A stretch of 64,000 nucleotides of DNA from a bacterium (GTDB taxonomy: Bacteria > Patescibacteriota > Minisyncoccia > Moranbacterales > UBA2206): positions 1,471-65,470 of the forward strand of contig JAYSLY010000007.1 of assembly GCA_043725085.1 (NCBI GenBank), written 5' to 3'. Position numbers and translations under genes: made by a program. Of this stretch, positions 26,333-36,665 are shown in pieces (position 1 is the first letter of the stretch; every line of letters begins with the position of its first letter). The notes under the pieces are model-generated. The model searched no databases. It was not told the DNA's origin and saw only the letters and a list, made by a program, of their open reading frames with translations.

Positions 26333-28399
26333 GTGAAAAATGAAAATATAAAAACAAAAATAAGTTTGTTTATATTCTTGCTTTTTTTAGCGGTGGCGTT
26401 TTTTTGTTTTGAGAAAAAATGTCTAGCCGAAAATAATGCCTTAGCCATCACAGAAATCATGTACTCCCCAACTGAAAATGAAGCTGGAGAAAAAGTAGAA
26501 TGGCTTGAATTATATGCCAATGCCGACAAAAATTTCATCTTGGGCTCAAACAAGCAACTAAAAAATTTTTATTTCTGCACAAAAAAAGGTTCCTCGGATA
26601 GCTCCTGTGCTGATAGTTCACATATTTTTGCAACATACGCTATCGATAGCAGTCTAGATATTAAAAAGGGTGATTTTATTATTGCAACAAAAAACCCGGA
26701 TGCTTTCAAAAATATCCCCGACGTCAAGATAATCAAAACATCTTCATCTTTCAATTTACTCTCTGATGAAAATGCCTTTATTGCTTACAGCGAAGACAAT
26801 AAAACCACTTGGAAAGAGCCGCTTAAATATGCTGAATTTTTTAGTAAAAAAGTTGCTGGATTTTCTTTAGAAAGAATTGATTTTAATAAAGATAATTCAA
26901 ACAGCAATTGGCAGGAAAGTTTTTGCCTTGGCGGATCCCTTGGTAAAGGAAGTACTCAACAAAAAGACTGCCCAAAAATTGAACCACTGCCACCCATTAA
27001 GCCGACAAGTAGCACCTATACTGGGAAGATAAAAATCAACGAAATTTTGCCGGCACCAAAAACCAAAAATGAGGAGAAAGAGTTTGTTGAACTGAAAAAT
27101 ATCTCGGATGAGAAGATTGATCTTTTTGGAATGTGGATTGAGGATGAAAAAAATCACAAAGTTTATTTCCCCGACGAAAAAATAGATCCCGGCAAACTCT
27201 ATTTTCTAGAAGGAAATTTCGAACTGAATAACACCACTCCCGACACAGCATTCCTCGTTGCCAAAAACGGCACCAAGGAAAAGCCAATTGATTCTGTACG
27301 CTATGAAAAACCCAAATATGACTACGCCTACGCCTGGAACGGCTCCGCTTGGCAATGGACAAGTAAAATTACCAAGGGAACAGAAAACGAATTTGATGAA
27401 ATACTTTCAGGAAAAATCAAAAAAGACAAAACAATCTATGCCGGAATATATGCCAACTTTGAAGTAAGGGCTGATGCTAAGGCTGAGCATTTCACTTGGG
27501 ATTTTGGCGACTCTCACAAGAGCTACCTCAAAAAAACTCGGCATAAATATGAAAAGGCCGGCACATATGATGCCACACTCAAAATCGCAGGGGAAGGTGA
27601 GGATAACTTACTCAGCTTTACCGTTGCAGTGGAAAAATATGGCAAAGCCAAGGTGCGCATCGTTTCACTCTCGCCCAATCCCAAAGGCCGTGACAGCGAA
27701 AACGAATGGATTGAAATTTTTAATAGCACCGAAAAGAAAATTAATCTCAAAAACTGGAGCGTTGCCACCGGCGCAAAAAATCTCTACAATCACCCGATCA
27801 CTAAAAATTTTATTTTCAAAGCCGGGGAGCAAAAAAAATTAACGCGCGATTTTTGCGCTTTTTCGCTGGGAAACAAACAAGCCAAAATTGAGTTGCGCTA
27901 TCCTAACGGAAAAGTGGCGGATAAAGTTAGATATGATCATGGAAATTCAATTTTAGAAGATGAACTGTATCAAAAAGAAGATAATATCTGGCAATGGACG
28001 GGAGGAACGCAAAAGACTCCAAAAGAAAATCAAACTGACACAGAGGCTGAAACACCAACTGAACCAGAAATCATCCTGGCAGATAGCGCACCAAAAAACG
28101 AGACCGATGAATCAAAAAAAGAGAATGTCGATTTTGATTTATCTGCTTTGGGGAAATATAGCGAGAATCCGACTTGGAGTGCCAAACAAAAAACACAAAC
28201 GATTTTACTTTTCGCCAACTCAAATATCAATCCCAAAAAATTTCTCGCAAAAAATCAAGGACAAGTTTTGGGGATTTTAACTGTGAAATATCCACAAACT
28301 GCCATGCCTTCAAAAAATTCTCGACAAGCATTGTTTTCATTGAAATATTTTTGGAAAATTATTAATCAAAAAATTAATTCATTTTTGAATAAATCATAA
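26333..28399 (+). CDS. Secreted lamin-tail-domain repeat protein with a PKD domain
   Basis: Signal peptide; three LTD-like starts (ITEIMYSP..EWLELY, INEILP..EFVELKN, SPNP..EWIEIFN); FTWDFGD...HKYEKAGTY PKD motif. Confidence 0.8.
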   Translation: MKNENIKTKISLFIFLLFLAVAFFCFEKKCLAENNALAITEIMYSPTENEAGEKVEWLELYANADKNFILGSNKQLKNFYFCTKKGSSDSSCADSSHIFATYAIDSSLDIKKGDFIIATKNPDAFKNIPDVKIIKTSSSFNLLSDENAFIAYSEDNKTTWKEPLKYAEFFSKKVAGFSLERIDFNKDNSNSNWQESFCLGGSLGKGSTQQKDCPKIEPLPPIKPTSSTYTGKIKINEILPAPKTKNEEKEFVELKNISDEKIDLFGMWIEDEKNHKVYFPDEKIDPGKLYFLEGNFELNNTTPDTAFLVAKNGTKEKPIDSVRYEKPKYDYAYAWNGSAWQWTSKITKGTENEFDEILSGKIKKDKTIYAGIYANFEVRADAKAEHFTWDFGDSHKSYLKKTRHKYEKAGTYDATLKIAGEGEDNLLSFTVAVEKYGKAKVRIVSLSPNPKGRDSENEWIEIFNSTEKKINLKNWSVATGAKNLYNHPITKNFIFKAGEQKKLTRDFCAFSLGNKQAKIELRYPNGKVADKVRYDHGNSILEDELYQKEDNIWQWTGGTQKTPKENQTDTEAETPTEPEIILADSAPKNETDESKKENVDFDLSALGKYSENPTWSAKQKTQTILLFANSNINPKKFLAKNQGQVLGILTVKYPQTAMPSKNSRQALFSLKYFWKIINQKINSFLNKS

Positions 28400-28510
28400 T
28401 CCACAGGGAACAAAGATAAAAATTATTTTTCCAAATAATTTTTTTCTTGAATTTCCCCCATCAAAGTGCTAAGCTTGCATTATACTAGATACTAAATACC
28501 ATATACTATT

Positions 28511-29224
28511 ATGTCAGGACACTCACACTGGGCAGGAATAAAGCAAAGAAAAGGCGTCAATGACGCTAAGCGCGGCAAAATTTTCACTAAATTTGGAAAA
28601 CTAGTGACCATTGCCGCAAGAGACGGCGGCGGAAAAATTGAAAGTAATTTTCAATTGCGTATGGCGGTTGACCGCGCGCGCGAGATGAATATGCCCAAGG
28701 AAAACATTGAACGAGCAATCAAGCGTGGCACAGGCGAGATCAAGGGCGCGATGATTGAAGAAGTACTCTATGAAGCGGTTGGACCAGGAGAGTTGATGAT
28801 CCTCATTTCTTGCACAACCGACAACAAAAACCGCACGGTTTCAGAAGTCAAAACCATTCTCACGAAAAATAATTCAAAGCTGGGAGAAAAAGGCAGCGCG
28901 ATGTGGAATTTTGAACAAGTTGGCAGCATCAGTGTTGATTTAGAAAATAAAGACGCGGACGAACTGGAAATGTTCGCCATTGAAGCTGGAGCCAAAGACA
29001 CGATCATCGAAGAAGGTTTGCTAAACATTATCACCGAAACAAAAGATTTTGCCCGTGTGCGTGAAAGCCTCTCAAAAGAAAATCTAAAAATTCTTGATTC
29101 GGGCCTGATTTATCTACCCAAAACAACCATCGCAACTGGCGAAAAAACCCGCGAAAGCTATGAAAATCTCATGGAACTGCTGGATGACCATGATGATGTG
29201 AGTGAAATTTATAGTAATCTATAA
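28511..29224 (+). CDS. yebC: YebC/PmpR family protein
   Basis: MSGHSHWAGIK..K...DAKRGKIFTK, TDNKNRT, DDVSEIYSN. Confidence 0.95.
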   Translation: MSGHSHWAGIKQRKGVNDAKRGKIFTKFGKLVTIAARDGGGKIESNFQLRMAVDRAREMNMPKENIERAIKRGTGEIKGAMIEEVLYEAVGPGELMILISCTTDNKNRTVSEVKTILTKNNSKLGEKGSAMWNFEQVGSISVDLENKDADELEMFAIEAGAKDTIIEEGLLNIITETKDFARVRESLSKENLKILDSGLIYLPKTTIATGEKTRESYENLMELLDDHDDVSEIYSNL

Positions 29225-29226
29225 TT

Positions 29227-29736
29227 ATGAAAATCCTCGGCATTGACCCTGGCACTGCCACCACTGGCTGGGCAATTATTGAAGTTAAAGGCGACAAACT
29301 CCTGCCTTTGGCTTATGGCCACATCAGCACGGAAAAAACCCATTCTGATGATGAGCGTATTTTGGAGATTTCGGATGATTTAGCAAAAATAATTCAAAAA
29401 CACAAACCGTCTGAAGCGGCAATTGAAAGCCTTTTTTTCTTCAAAAACCAAAAAACCGTCATCCAAGTGGCTCAATCTCGTGGCGCGATTCTCTTGACAT
29501 TAGGCCAAAATAGTGTTAAGGTGTTTAGTTATACTCCGCTCCAAGTCAAGCAAGCCCTCACAGGCTATGGCCGGGCGGAAAAAAAACAAATGCAACAGAT
29601 GATTAAGAGCGTTTTGCACCTAAGTTGCATCCCTAAGCCCGATGACACCGCTGACGCACTGGCTATTGCCGTGTGTCATGCCAATAGTCGTGCCATAATT
29701 AGCCTAAAATCAACTTCGCTCAACCTCCCCTGCTAA
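29227..29736 (+). CDS. ruvC: Holliday junction resolvase RuvC
   Basis: ILGIDPG, AIESLFF, YTPLQVK, PDDTADALAIA. Confidence 0.97.
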   Translation: MKILGIDPGTATTGWAIIEVKGDKLLPLAYGHISTEKTHSDDERILEISDDLAKIIQKHKPSEAAIESLFFFKNQKTVIQVAQSRGAILLTLGQNSVKVFSYTPLQVKQALTGYGRAEKKQMQQMIKSVLHLSCIPKPDDTADALAIAVCHANSRAIISLKSTSLNLPC

Positions 29737-29779
29737 AGCTACGGCGGGTCAAGAGCTATGTCGTATCAAAGAAAAAATT

Positions 29780-30445
29780 ATGAATGAAATTAATTTTAGC
29801 GTTAGTCCTATTTTGACATTTTTTCTCAATGAAGGAGTGCCGTTTGAAACAATCAAGCTAATCCTCATACTTCCAATTATTGCTACGCTCATCGCCTTCT
29901 TGCGCCAAGTAGTTGGAATCAAGGCTTTTGGCATCTACACTCCACTCTTAGTCACCTTTGCCTTTTTGGCAACTGACGGTTTGAAGTACGGTCTTTTGAT
30001 TTTTGCAATGATTATTCTTATTGGCATGCTGATGCGTATTGCGCTCAAATCCTTCCGCCTGCTCTATCTTCCGCGTGTAGCCATCATGCTCACTGTCGTA
30101 GCGCTTTCTATTCTGGTGATTTTGGCAATTAGTGGCAGTCTCAAGAGAACAGGCCTTGCCTCTGTTTCCATCTTCCCTATTCTCATTATGATTACTCTCG
30201 TGGAAAAATTCATCGCAGTGCAAATTGAAAAAGGTGACCGCGCCGCGATACTTCTTGCCACAGAGACCTTGATTATTTCGATCTTAGGCTTTTACATCGC
30301 TAGTTGGGAAACACTCATCCATTTTATTGCTTTTTATCCTTGGATTATTCTTCTCACTATTCCTTTTAATATTCTTTTGGGCAAATGGACGGGACTTCGC
30401 CTGAGTGAATATTTGCGTTTTGGGGAGATTATAAAAAGAAGCTAA
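29780..30445 (+). CDS. 7TM membrane protein of the type usually fused to inactive transglutaminases
   Basis: RQVVGIKAFGIYTP, LLYLPR, FPILIMITLVEKF, GKWTGLRLSEYLRF. Confidence 0.82.
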   Translation: MNEINFSVSPILTFFLNEGVPFETIKLILILPIIATLIAFLRQVVGIKAFGIYTPLLVTFAFLATDGLKYGLLIFAMIILIGMLMRIALKSFRLLYLPRVAIMLTVVALSILVILAISGSLKRTGLASVSIFPILIMITLVEKFIAVQIEKGDRAAILLATETLIISILGFYIASWETLIHFIAFYPWIILLTIPFNILLGKWTGLRLSEYLRFGEIIKRS

Positions 30446-30448
30446 GTT

Positions 30449-31882
30449 ATGTTTGAATTTACTAAAAAAAAATTTGCCTATTTGCCCTCTAGGCAGGCAC
30501 GTGGAATTTTAGGGATGAACTCCAGAAATTTGGACTACATCCGTCCCTATAATCGTACTCGCGCCAAACGCCTTGCGGACAACAAGCTGCTTAGCAAGAG
30601 GATTCTTAAAAAAAATGATATTGCTGTTCCAGCGCTCATTTCTCAAATCAAAACCCTGGAAGATTTGGATAATTTTGATTGGCAAAAATTACCGGATAGT
30701 TTTGTTTTGAAACCTAATCGCGGTTTTGGCGGCGAAGGCATTATCGTTGTTTATGGCAGAAAAAAGCACCGAGACGATGCGTGGGTAAAAGCCGATGGAT
30801 CAATTATCACAATTGATGATCTCAAGAATCACACCAGAAATATCTTAGACGGTTCATATTCTTTGTCCGGCATTCCCGACACGGCTTTTTTTGAGGAACG
30901 CTTGAAACTTTTGAAACTTTTCAAACCATACGCCTTTAAGGGCATCCCCGATATTCGTATCATCGTTTTTAATAAGATGCCGATTATGGCGATGCTTCGA
31001 CTTCCCACCAGAGAATCAAATGGAAAGGCTAACCTCGCGCAAGGGGCAATTGGCGTGGGAATCGACCTCGCCTCCGGCGTTACCACAACGGCGGTTTTGG
31101 GCAAACAAAAAATCATCGAATATCTTCCCGGCACAAGACTCTTACTCTCCGGTATTAAAATTCCCTATTGGCTGGATATCTTAAATTTAGCTGTTCGCTC
31201 ACAAGAAATTTCCGGTCTGGGGTTTCTTGGTGTAGACGTAGCAATCGATAAAGAGCGTGGGCCGGTCATCCTAGAGCTCAATGCTCGCCCGGGCTTGGCT
31301 ATTCAAATCGCCAATCTCGACGGGCTGAAATGGCGACTCAAGAAAGCCGCTGGCATTAAAATTAAAACGGCAAAAAAGGGCATCCGCGTCGGCATGGATC
31401 TTTTCGGAGGAGAAATCGAAGAAGAATTGGAGGAAATTTCCGGAAAAAAAGTGATCGGCACCGTCGAAAAAGTGAAGCTGCTTGGCAAAGACGGAAAAGA
31501 AATTGAAGTGGAGGCGAGAATCGATACCGGTGCAGGAATCTCGGCAATAGATAAGAAGCTAGCTCAAGAACTGGGCTTTAGTGAAGCAGTTAAACTATGG
31601 GAAGACCTTCATCTTGACAAAGTCTTTGACGAAGAAGAAATCAAAACGCTTAGCCAAAATGAAACATGGAAAAAGCTGGAAAAACACCCGGATATTGTCG
31701 GGGTAGCTAAAACTTTTTCTTCTCATGGCGCTACTTATCGGATTGAAATCAAGCTTTCAATAATTTTAGATAATCAAGAGATTGCTTCCAAACTTTCCAT
31801 TGCTAATCGTGAAGGATTAACTTATCCGGTTTTGGTTGGAAGGCGCGACTTAAGAAAATATTTAATTGATACAAGCAAATGA
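30449..31882 (+). CDS. Alpha-L-glutamate-ligase-like ATP-grasp enzyme fused to a RimB-like aspartic protease domain
   Basis: GMNSRN, FVLKPNRGFGGEGI, PDIRII, ANLAQG, LELNARPGL; C-terminal RIDTGAGISAID and YPVLVGRRDL. Confidence 0.85.
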   Translation: MFEFTKKKFAYLPSRQARGILGMNSRNLDYIRPYNRTRAKRLADNKLLSKRILKKNDIAVPALISQIKTLEDLDNFDWQKLPDSFVLKPNRGFGGEGIIVVYGRKKHRDDAWVKADGSIITIDDLKNHTRNILDGSYSLSGIPDTAFFEERLKLLKLFKPYAFKGIPDIRIIVFNKMPIMAMLRLPTRESNGKANLAQGAIGVGIDLASGVTTTAVLGKQKIIEYLPGTRLLLSGIKIPYWLDILNLAVRSQEISGLGFLGVDVAIDKERGPVILELNARPGLAIQIANLDGLKWRLKKAAGIKIKTAKKGIRVGMDLFGGEIEEELEEISGKKVIGTVEKVKLLGKDGKEIEVEARIDTGAGISAIDKKLAQELGFSEAVKLWEDLHLDKVFDEEEIKTLSQNETWKKLEKHPDIVGVAKTFSSHGATYRIEIKLSIILDNQEIASKLSIANREGLTYPVLVGRRDLRKYLIDTSK

Positions 31883-32787
31883 AAACGATTTTAACCCTAT
31901 ACAGTCAACCGTTTCCGCAAACAATGCTCAAAGTTTCAGAAGATTTTTATGCTTACGCAAATAAAAATGGACTAATAATTTGCCGGGGTTTTATCATAGA
32001 CTTTGACCCTAAAAAGGGCGCCTTCAAAAAGGCGCTGTTCTTTGAGAATAAAAAATGGATTTGGGAAAAAAACATTAAACCGGATTTCATCCACGATCGT
32101 TCATTACATTACCAAAAAGAGCCAAATCTTTCTTTAAAAAAAATCATTGAAGCAACTTTTCCTTTTTTCAATCACATCGAACTAAGCGAGATAATGACTA
32201 ATAAATGGAGTACCTATAAAAACTTTAAAAAATATTCTCCCAAATTAGTCAAAATTGAAAAAGAATCCGACCTAAAAAAACTCGCCCTACTTTCTTCAAA
32301 CAGAATTATTCTCAAGCCCATTCACGGCTCTGGCGGAATGGGCATTAAAATAGTTGCAAAAAATAGTCCGACAGAAATGCCATATCCCTTTCTTGCCCAA
32401 GAATTAATTGAAACTAATGGCTACAAGAACTGGGCTTTGGGAGCTCACGACTTTCGAGTCATGGTAATTAATGAACGCCCCTTCCACTCATTCTTAAGAA
32501 TCCCTCCTCAAGGTAAACTAATCGCCAATCTTGCTCAAGGAGGCAAAATAAAACTAATTAATCTAAAAGAGCTGCCAGACAGCATTCATACTATTTTAAA
32601 GTACGCTTCTAAAAAATTTGCTAGATTCGAAAAAAAAATGTATGCGATTGACTTCATCTTTGACAAAAATGAACGCCCATGGATAATTGAACTAAACTCT
32701 CGTCCAGGAATCGCACTGGAAAAAGAAGAATTGCCTGTTCGAATCGATTATTATAATAATTTGATAAATTTTTATCTAAGCTTATGA
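31879..32787 (+). CDS. ATP-grasp ligase (YheC/D-like)
   Basis: NKW, ILKPIHGSGGMGI, HDFRVMV, ANLAQGG, IELNSRPG; ATGA-coupled to the previous gene. Confidence 0.8.
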   Translation: MKTILTLYSQPFPQTMLKVSEDFYAYANKNGLIICRGFIIDFDPKKGAFKKALFFENKKWIWEKNIKPDFIHDRSLHYQKEPNLSLKKIIEATFPFFNHIELSEIMTNKWSTYKNFKKYSPKLVKIEKESDLKKLALLSSNRIILKPIHGSGGMGIKIVAKNSPTEMPYPFLAQELIETNGYKNWALGAHDFRVMVINERPFHSFLRIPPQGKLIANLAQGGKIKLINLKELPDSIHTILKYASKKFARFEKKMYAIDFIFDKNERPWIIELNSRPGIALEKEELPVRIDYYNNLINFYLSL

Positions 32788-33695
32788 AAATCTGCGTAAT
32801 ATCTTCTCATTTTGGCTTGCATGCGCCGACGAGAATAATAGAGGAGGGCAAAAAACGAGGGCACGAAATGCACCTAACAACCTGGGAAGACTTACGCATT
32901 GACATTTCAAACGATCATTTTTATCTTGGAGATGAACAAAAATCCCTAAGCGAATTTGATGCTATCATTCCTCGTAGTGACCGCTATAACCTACGATTAT
33001 CCCCGCAAAAAAGAGTAACGAAAAATATGAATACGCTCTTTAGATTGACACTCGAATATGCCAGAAAAAATAATATTTTCTTTCTAAATAGTGTTTATTT
33101 TTCTTCTTACCAGAGTCTAGATAAGATGGCGCAACAGTTTTTTTTCTTCCAAAACAATTTGCCCGGGATCAACACGTCTTACTTTTCTTCTCCTGAAAAT
33201 TTTGAAAAGAAATTAAAAACTTTCCCCATTGTTGCCAAGGTCGCTGAAGGTAGTACTGGCACTAGCGTGTTCAAATTAAATAACCCGACTGAACTGGCAT
33301 CCTTCATTGATGATCGCAATACTGATGGAAGTTTTTTCATTTTTCAAAAATTCCACAAAATAAAAAATGACTACCGCGTACTAGTTGTCGGAAAAAAAGT
33401 CTTAGGCATAATGAAGCGCTTGCCAAAAAATGGAGAATGGCGAACCAATTTTTCCCTGGGAGGAGATGTATTAGCAGAAAAAAATGATCCGGAAATGATA
33501 AAGCTATCCTTAGATATAGCAAAAAAAATGGGTTTTGATTATGTTGGCATTGATCTGCTTAAAGACGGCGGTCGTTTGCACATTATTGAGACCAACTCAC
33601 TGCCCCAATTTAAGGGCTTCGAGAAAGCCTTCCCAAAAATTAACGTTGCCCAAGAATTAATTAAATTGGTTGAAAAAAACGCAACTAAAAAATAA
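32784..33695 (+). CDS. RimK-family ATP-grasp ligase
   Basis: FPIVAKVAEGSTGTSV, DYRVLVVG, EWRTNFSLGG, GIDLL, ETNSLPQFKGFE. Confidence 0.88.
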   Translation: MKICVISSHFGLHAPTRIIEEGKKRGHEMHLTTWEDLRIDISNDHFYLGDEQKSLSEFDAIIPRSDRYNLRLSPQKRVTKNMNTLFRLTLEYARKNNIFFLNSVYFSSYQSLDKMAQQFFFFQNNLPGINTSYFSSPENFEKKLKTFPIVAKVAEGSTGTSVFKLNNPTELASFIDDRNTDGSFFIFQKFHKIKNDYRVLVVGKKVLGIMKRLPKNGEWRTNFSLGGDVLAEKNDPEMIKLSLDIAKKMGFDYVGIDLLKDGGRLHIIETNSLPQFKGFEKAFPKINVAQELIKLVEKNATKK

Positions 33696-33787
33696 ACTGC
33701 CGATCAATATCTCCTTGATACTTCACCCAAAAAATGCTAAACTGCATACTAGCTTTAGTTTAGGCCTAATTAGTCTAATCTTATTTT

Positions 33788-36370
33788 ATGCAAAATATTT
33801 TTTCTCCCAAACTGCCCAAAACTTTCGCTCCACACAAATCACACTGGTGGAGACGAAAATGGAATTGGAAATTTCTTTTTAAGCTTTTTGGCATTGGGGC
33901 TAGTATTGTTCTTCTTTTAATCATTGGCGTTTTTGCCTATTTTTTCAAAGACCTGCCGGATCCTGGCAAAATCAATAACCGCTTCATTCCTGAATCAACC
34001 AAGATCTATGACCGAACAGGCACGCATCTGCTCTATGACGTTCATGGCGAAGAAAAAAGAACCCAGATTGATTTTACCCAGATGCCCGATGTCTTGAAAT
34101 ATGCCACGATCAGCCTGGAAGACCAAGACTTCTACAGCCATCACGGCATCAAGCTTACCTCCATTATCCGCTCGGTGCTAAATGACATTATCCACCTCGG
34201 CAAAGCACAAGGAGGATCAACCATTACCCAGCAGTTTGTTAAAAACTCCCTTCTTTCTAATGAAAAAACCTTAATCAGAAAGGTCAAGGAAGTAATTCTT
34301 TCCCTCGAATTGGAGACAAAGTTTTCCAAAAATGAGATCCTGGCGATGTACCTCAATGAAATTCCCTATGGCTCCAACGCCTATGGAGTTGAAGCGGCGG
34401 CTCAGACATTTTTTGGAAAATCCGCCAAAGACCTCACCCTTGATGAAGCAGCCACCATCGCCGCTCTTCCTCAAGCCACAACATACTACTCCCCTTATGG
34501 CTCGCACACTGACGCTCTCATCGGAAGAAGGGATTACGCGCTAAAAACCATGGCAAAACTTGGATATATCACACAAGATCAAGCCACTGAAGCGATAAAC
34601 ACCCCGACTCTCGCCAAAATAAACCCCCAAAAAGACATAATCGCCGCGCCACATTTTGTGATGTATATCAAAGATTATCTGCAACAAAAATATGGCGACC
34701 AAGCCGTGGAACAGGGTGGTCTTAAGGTTTATACCACCCTCGATTGGGACAAACAGCAGCTAGCGGAAAAAGTTGTGAAAGATGGCGCAACAAAAAATAC
34801 CACCACCTACAAAGCTGCCAATGCCGGACTTGTGGCAATGGACCCTAAAACCGGACAAGTTTTGGCGATGGTTGGTTCTAAGGACTATTTTGCCCCAAGC
34901 GAACCAGCTGGCTGCATTCCGGGGAAAAGCTGCGTTTTCGAGCCAAATGTTAATGTTGCTACCTCGCTCCTTCAGCCAGGTTCCTCTTTTAAGCCCTATG
35001 TCTATCTGACAGCTTTTGAAAAAGGCTTCACTCCGGAAACAAACATTTGGGATGTTGACACAAACTTTAGCACTGATGATGGCAAAACCTATGACCCTAA
35101 AAATTATGACGGAAAAAATTCCGGCCTCATGCAGATGAAAGATGCCCTCGCCAGATCGCTTAACGTTCCAGCCGTAAAAACGCTCTATTTAGCCGGGGTA
35201 AAAGAATCAATCAACACCGCAAAAAGCATGGGCATCACCACTCTCAATGATCCCAATCGTTACGGGCTATCGCTTGTGCTTGGCGGCGGCGAAGTAAAAC
35301 TCCTTGATCATGTTAATGCCTTTTCTACCTTTGCCACTGACGGAATTCACCACCCAACAACAGCAATCTTGCGCATTGAAGATAGCAAAGGAACTGTTTT
35401 GGAAAAATACAACGATAACCCGGGAGAAAAAGTGATTGATGAAAAATATATCGCCATGATTGATTACATCATGTCCACCAATAGCCTGCGTGCACCGGTT
35501 TTTGGCGACAAAAACCCTCTGAGCTTTGATGACCGCTCTGTCGCTGCCAAAACTGGAACGACAAATGATTGGCGTGATGGTTGGACAATGGGCTATACTC
35601 CGTCACTCGCGGTCGGTGTTTGGGCAGGCAACAATGACCATTCTACTATGAAGCAAGGAGCGGATGGAATTTTCGTGGCTGCTCCAATTTGGCGCGCCTT
35701 TATGGATGAAGCCCTAAAAAACACCAACAAAGAATCTTTCCCTGAATACAAACAAGAAGACACAGGGAAAGACGTGCTTGACGGAAAATTAAGCATGAAA
35801 CAAGAATTAAAGGTTTGTAAAATTCCCGGGGGGAATAAATACTGCTTAGCTAGCTCAGCTTGTCCAGACAAAGAAGTGGATAAGAAAAAGTTCTCTGATG
35901 TTCATAGTATTCTCTATTATGTGAATAAAGATGATCCCCGTGGTGACGCCCCATCGGACCCCAAAAGCGATCCGCAATTTTCCAATTGGGAGACTGGAGT
36001 CAAAAATTGGCTAAAAGACAACGGCTATTCCTCAGATGGCGCCCCTCAAGATGAATGCAAGGAAAAAGATTTTTCAAAATACAAACTTAGTATTGATAGT
36101 ATTTCCCCAACTGATGGCACAACCATCACATCCTCTTCCTTTTCCATTTCAACCAAACTCTCCGCCCCTTATGGTGTCAAAAAAGTAACAATTAGTGTTA
36201 ATGGTAACGAAATTGCCTCTGGTGGCAACGATTCATTGAGCACAACTTACACAATTCCAAGCGATAAATATAGCTCCAGCTTAGAAATCAAAGTTGACGC
36301 CACAGATAACAATGGCAATTCTGATTCAAAAAGCATCAACGTAAACACAAATATTTCTGCGACGCCGTAA
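33788..36370 (+). CDS. Class A penicillin-binding protein (PBP1A family) with C-terminal Ig-like domain
   Basis: EDQDFYSHHG, GGSTITQQFVKN, RKVKE; transpeptidase SSFK, SLN, KTGT. Confidence 0.95.
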   Translation: MQNIFSPKLPKTFAPHKSHWWRRKWNWKFLFKLFGIGASIVLLLIIGVFAYFFKDLPDPGKINNRFIPESTKIYDRTGTHLLYDVHGEEKRTQIDFTQMPDVLKYATISLEDQDFYSHHGIKLTSIIRSVLNDIIHLGKAQGGSTITQQFVKNSLLSNEKTLIRKVKEVILSLELETKFSKNEILAMYLNEIPYGSNAYGVEAAAQTFFGKSAKDLTLDEAATIAALPQATTYYSPYGSHTDALIGRRDYALKTMAKLGYITQDQATEAINTPTLAKINPQKDIIAAPHFVMYIKDYLQQKYGDQAVEQGGLKVYTTLDWDKQQLAEKVVKDGATKNTTTYKAANAGLVAMDPKTGQVLAMVGSKDYFAPSEPAGCIPGKSCVFEPNVNVATSLLQPGSSFKPYVYLTAFEKGFTPETNIWDVDTNFSTDDGKTYDPKNYDGKNSGLMQMKDALARSLNVPAVKTLYLAGVKESINTAKSMGITTLNDPNRYGLSLVLGGGEVKLLDHVNAFSTFATDGIHHPTTAILRIEDSKGTVLEKYNDNPGEKVIDEKYIAMIDYIMSTNSLRAPVFGDKNPLSFDDRSVAAKTGTTNDWRDGWTMGYTPSLAVGVWAGNNDHSTMKQGADGIFVAAPIWRAFMDEALKNTNKESFPEYKQEDTGKDVLDGKLSMKQELKVCKIPGGNKYCLASSACPDKEVDKKKFSDVHSILYYVNKDDPRGDAPSDPKSDPQFSNWETGVKNWLKDNGYSSDGAPQDECKEKDFSKYKLSIDSISPTDGTTITSSSFSISTKLSAPYGVKKVTISVNGNEIASGGNDSLSTTYTIPSDKYSSSLEIKVDATDNNGNSDSKSINVNTNISATP

Positions 36371-36372
36371 GA

Positions 36373-36654
36373 TTATTTCATTTTAATATTCTCCACCCCA
36401 TCTTCCCCAAGCTCTTCGTTTATTTTCTGAATAATTCGCGCTTTATTTGTCCAAAGTTCGGCCGACCAAGCGCTGTTTTGAGCCCTGACAAATAAGATTC
36501 GCTTGGCAAAATAGTCTGGAGTAAATTTAGATTTACCAATTTGGCCAAATTCTTCTTCAATCACCTTTTTGAACACAAAAAAAACAGTCTTGTCATCAAG
36601 GATCTGTTTTTTTTGTAATTTCCTGCCACTTAAAATATCTCCAAGCGCCTTCAT
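36373..36654 (-). CDS. DciA/DUF721-like protein
   Basis: LFVRAQNSAWSAEL...IIQKINEELG; directly downstream of dnaN. Confidence 0.75.
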   Translation of the reverse strand: MKALGDILSGRKLQKKQILDDKTVFFVFKKVIEEEFGQIGKSKFTPDYFAKRILFVRAQNSAWSAELWTNKARIIQKINEELGEDGVENIKMK

Positions 36655-36665
36655 ATTTTTAACCT

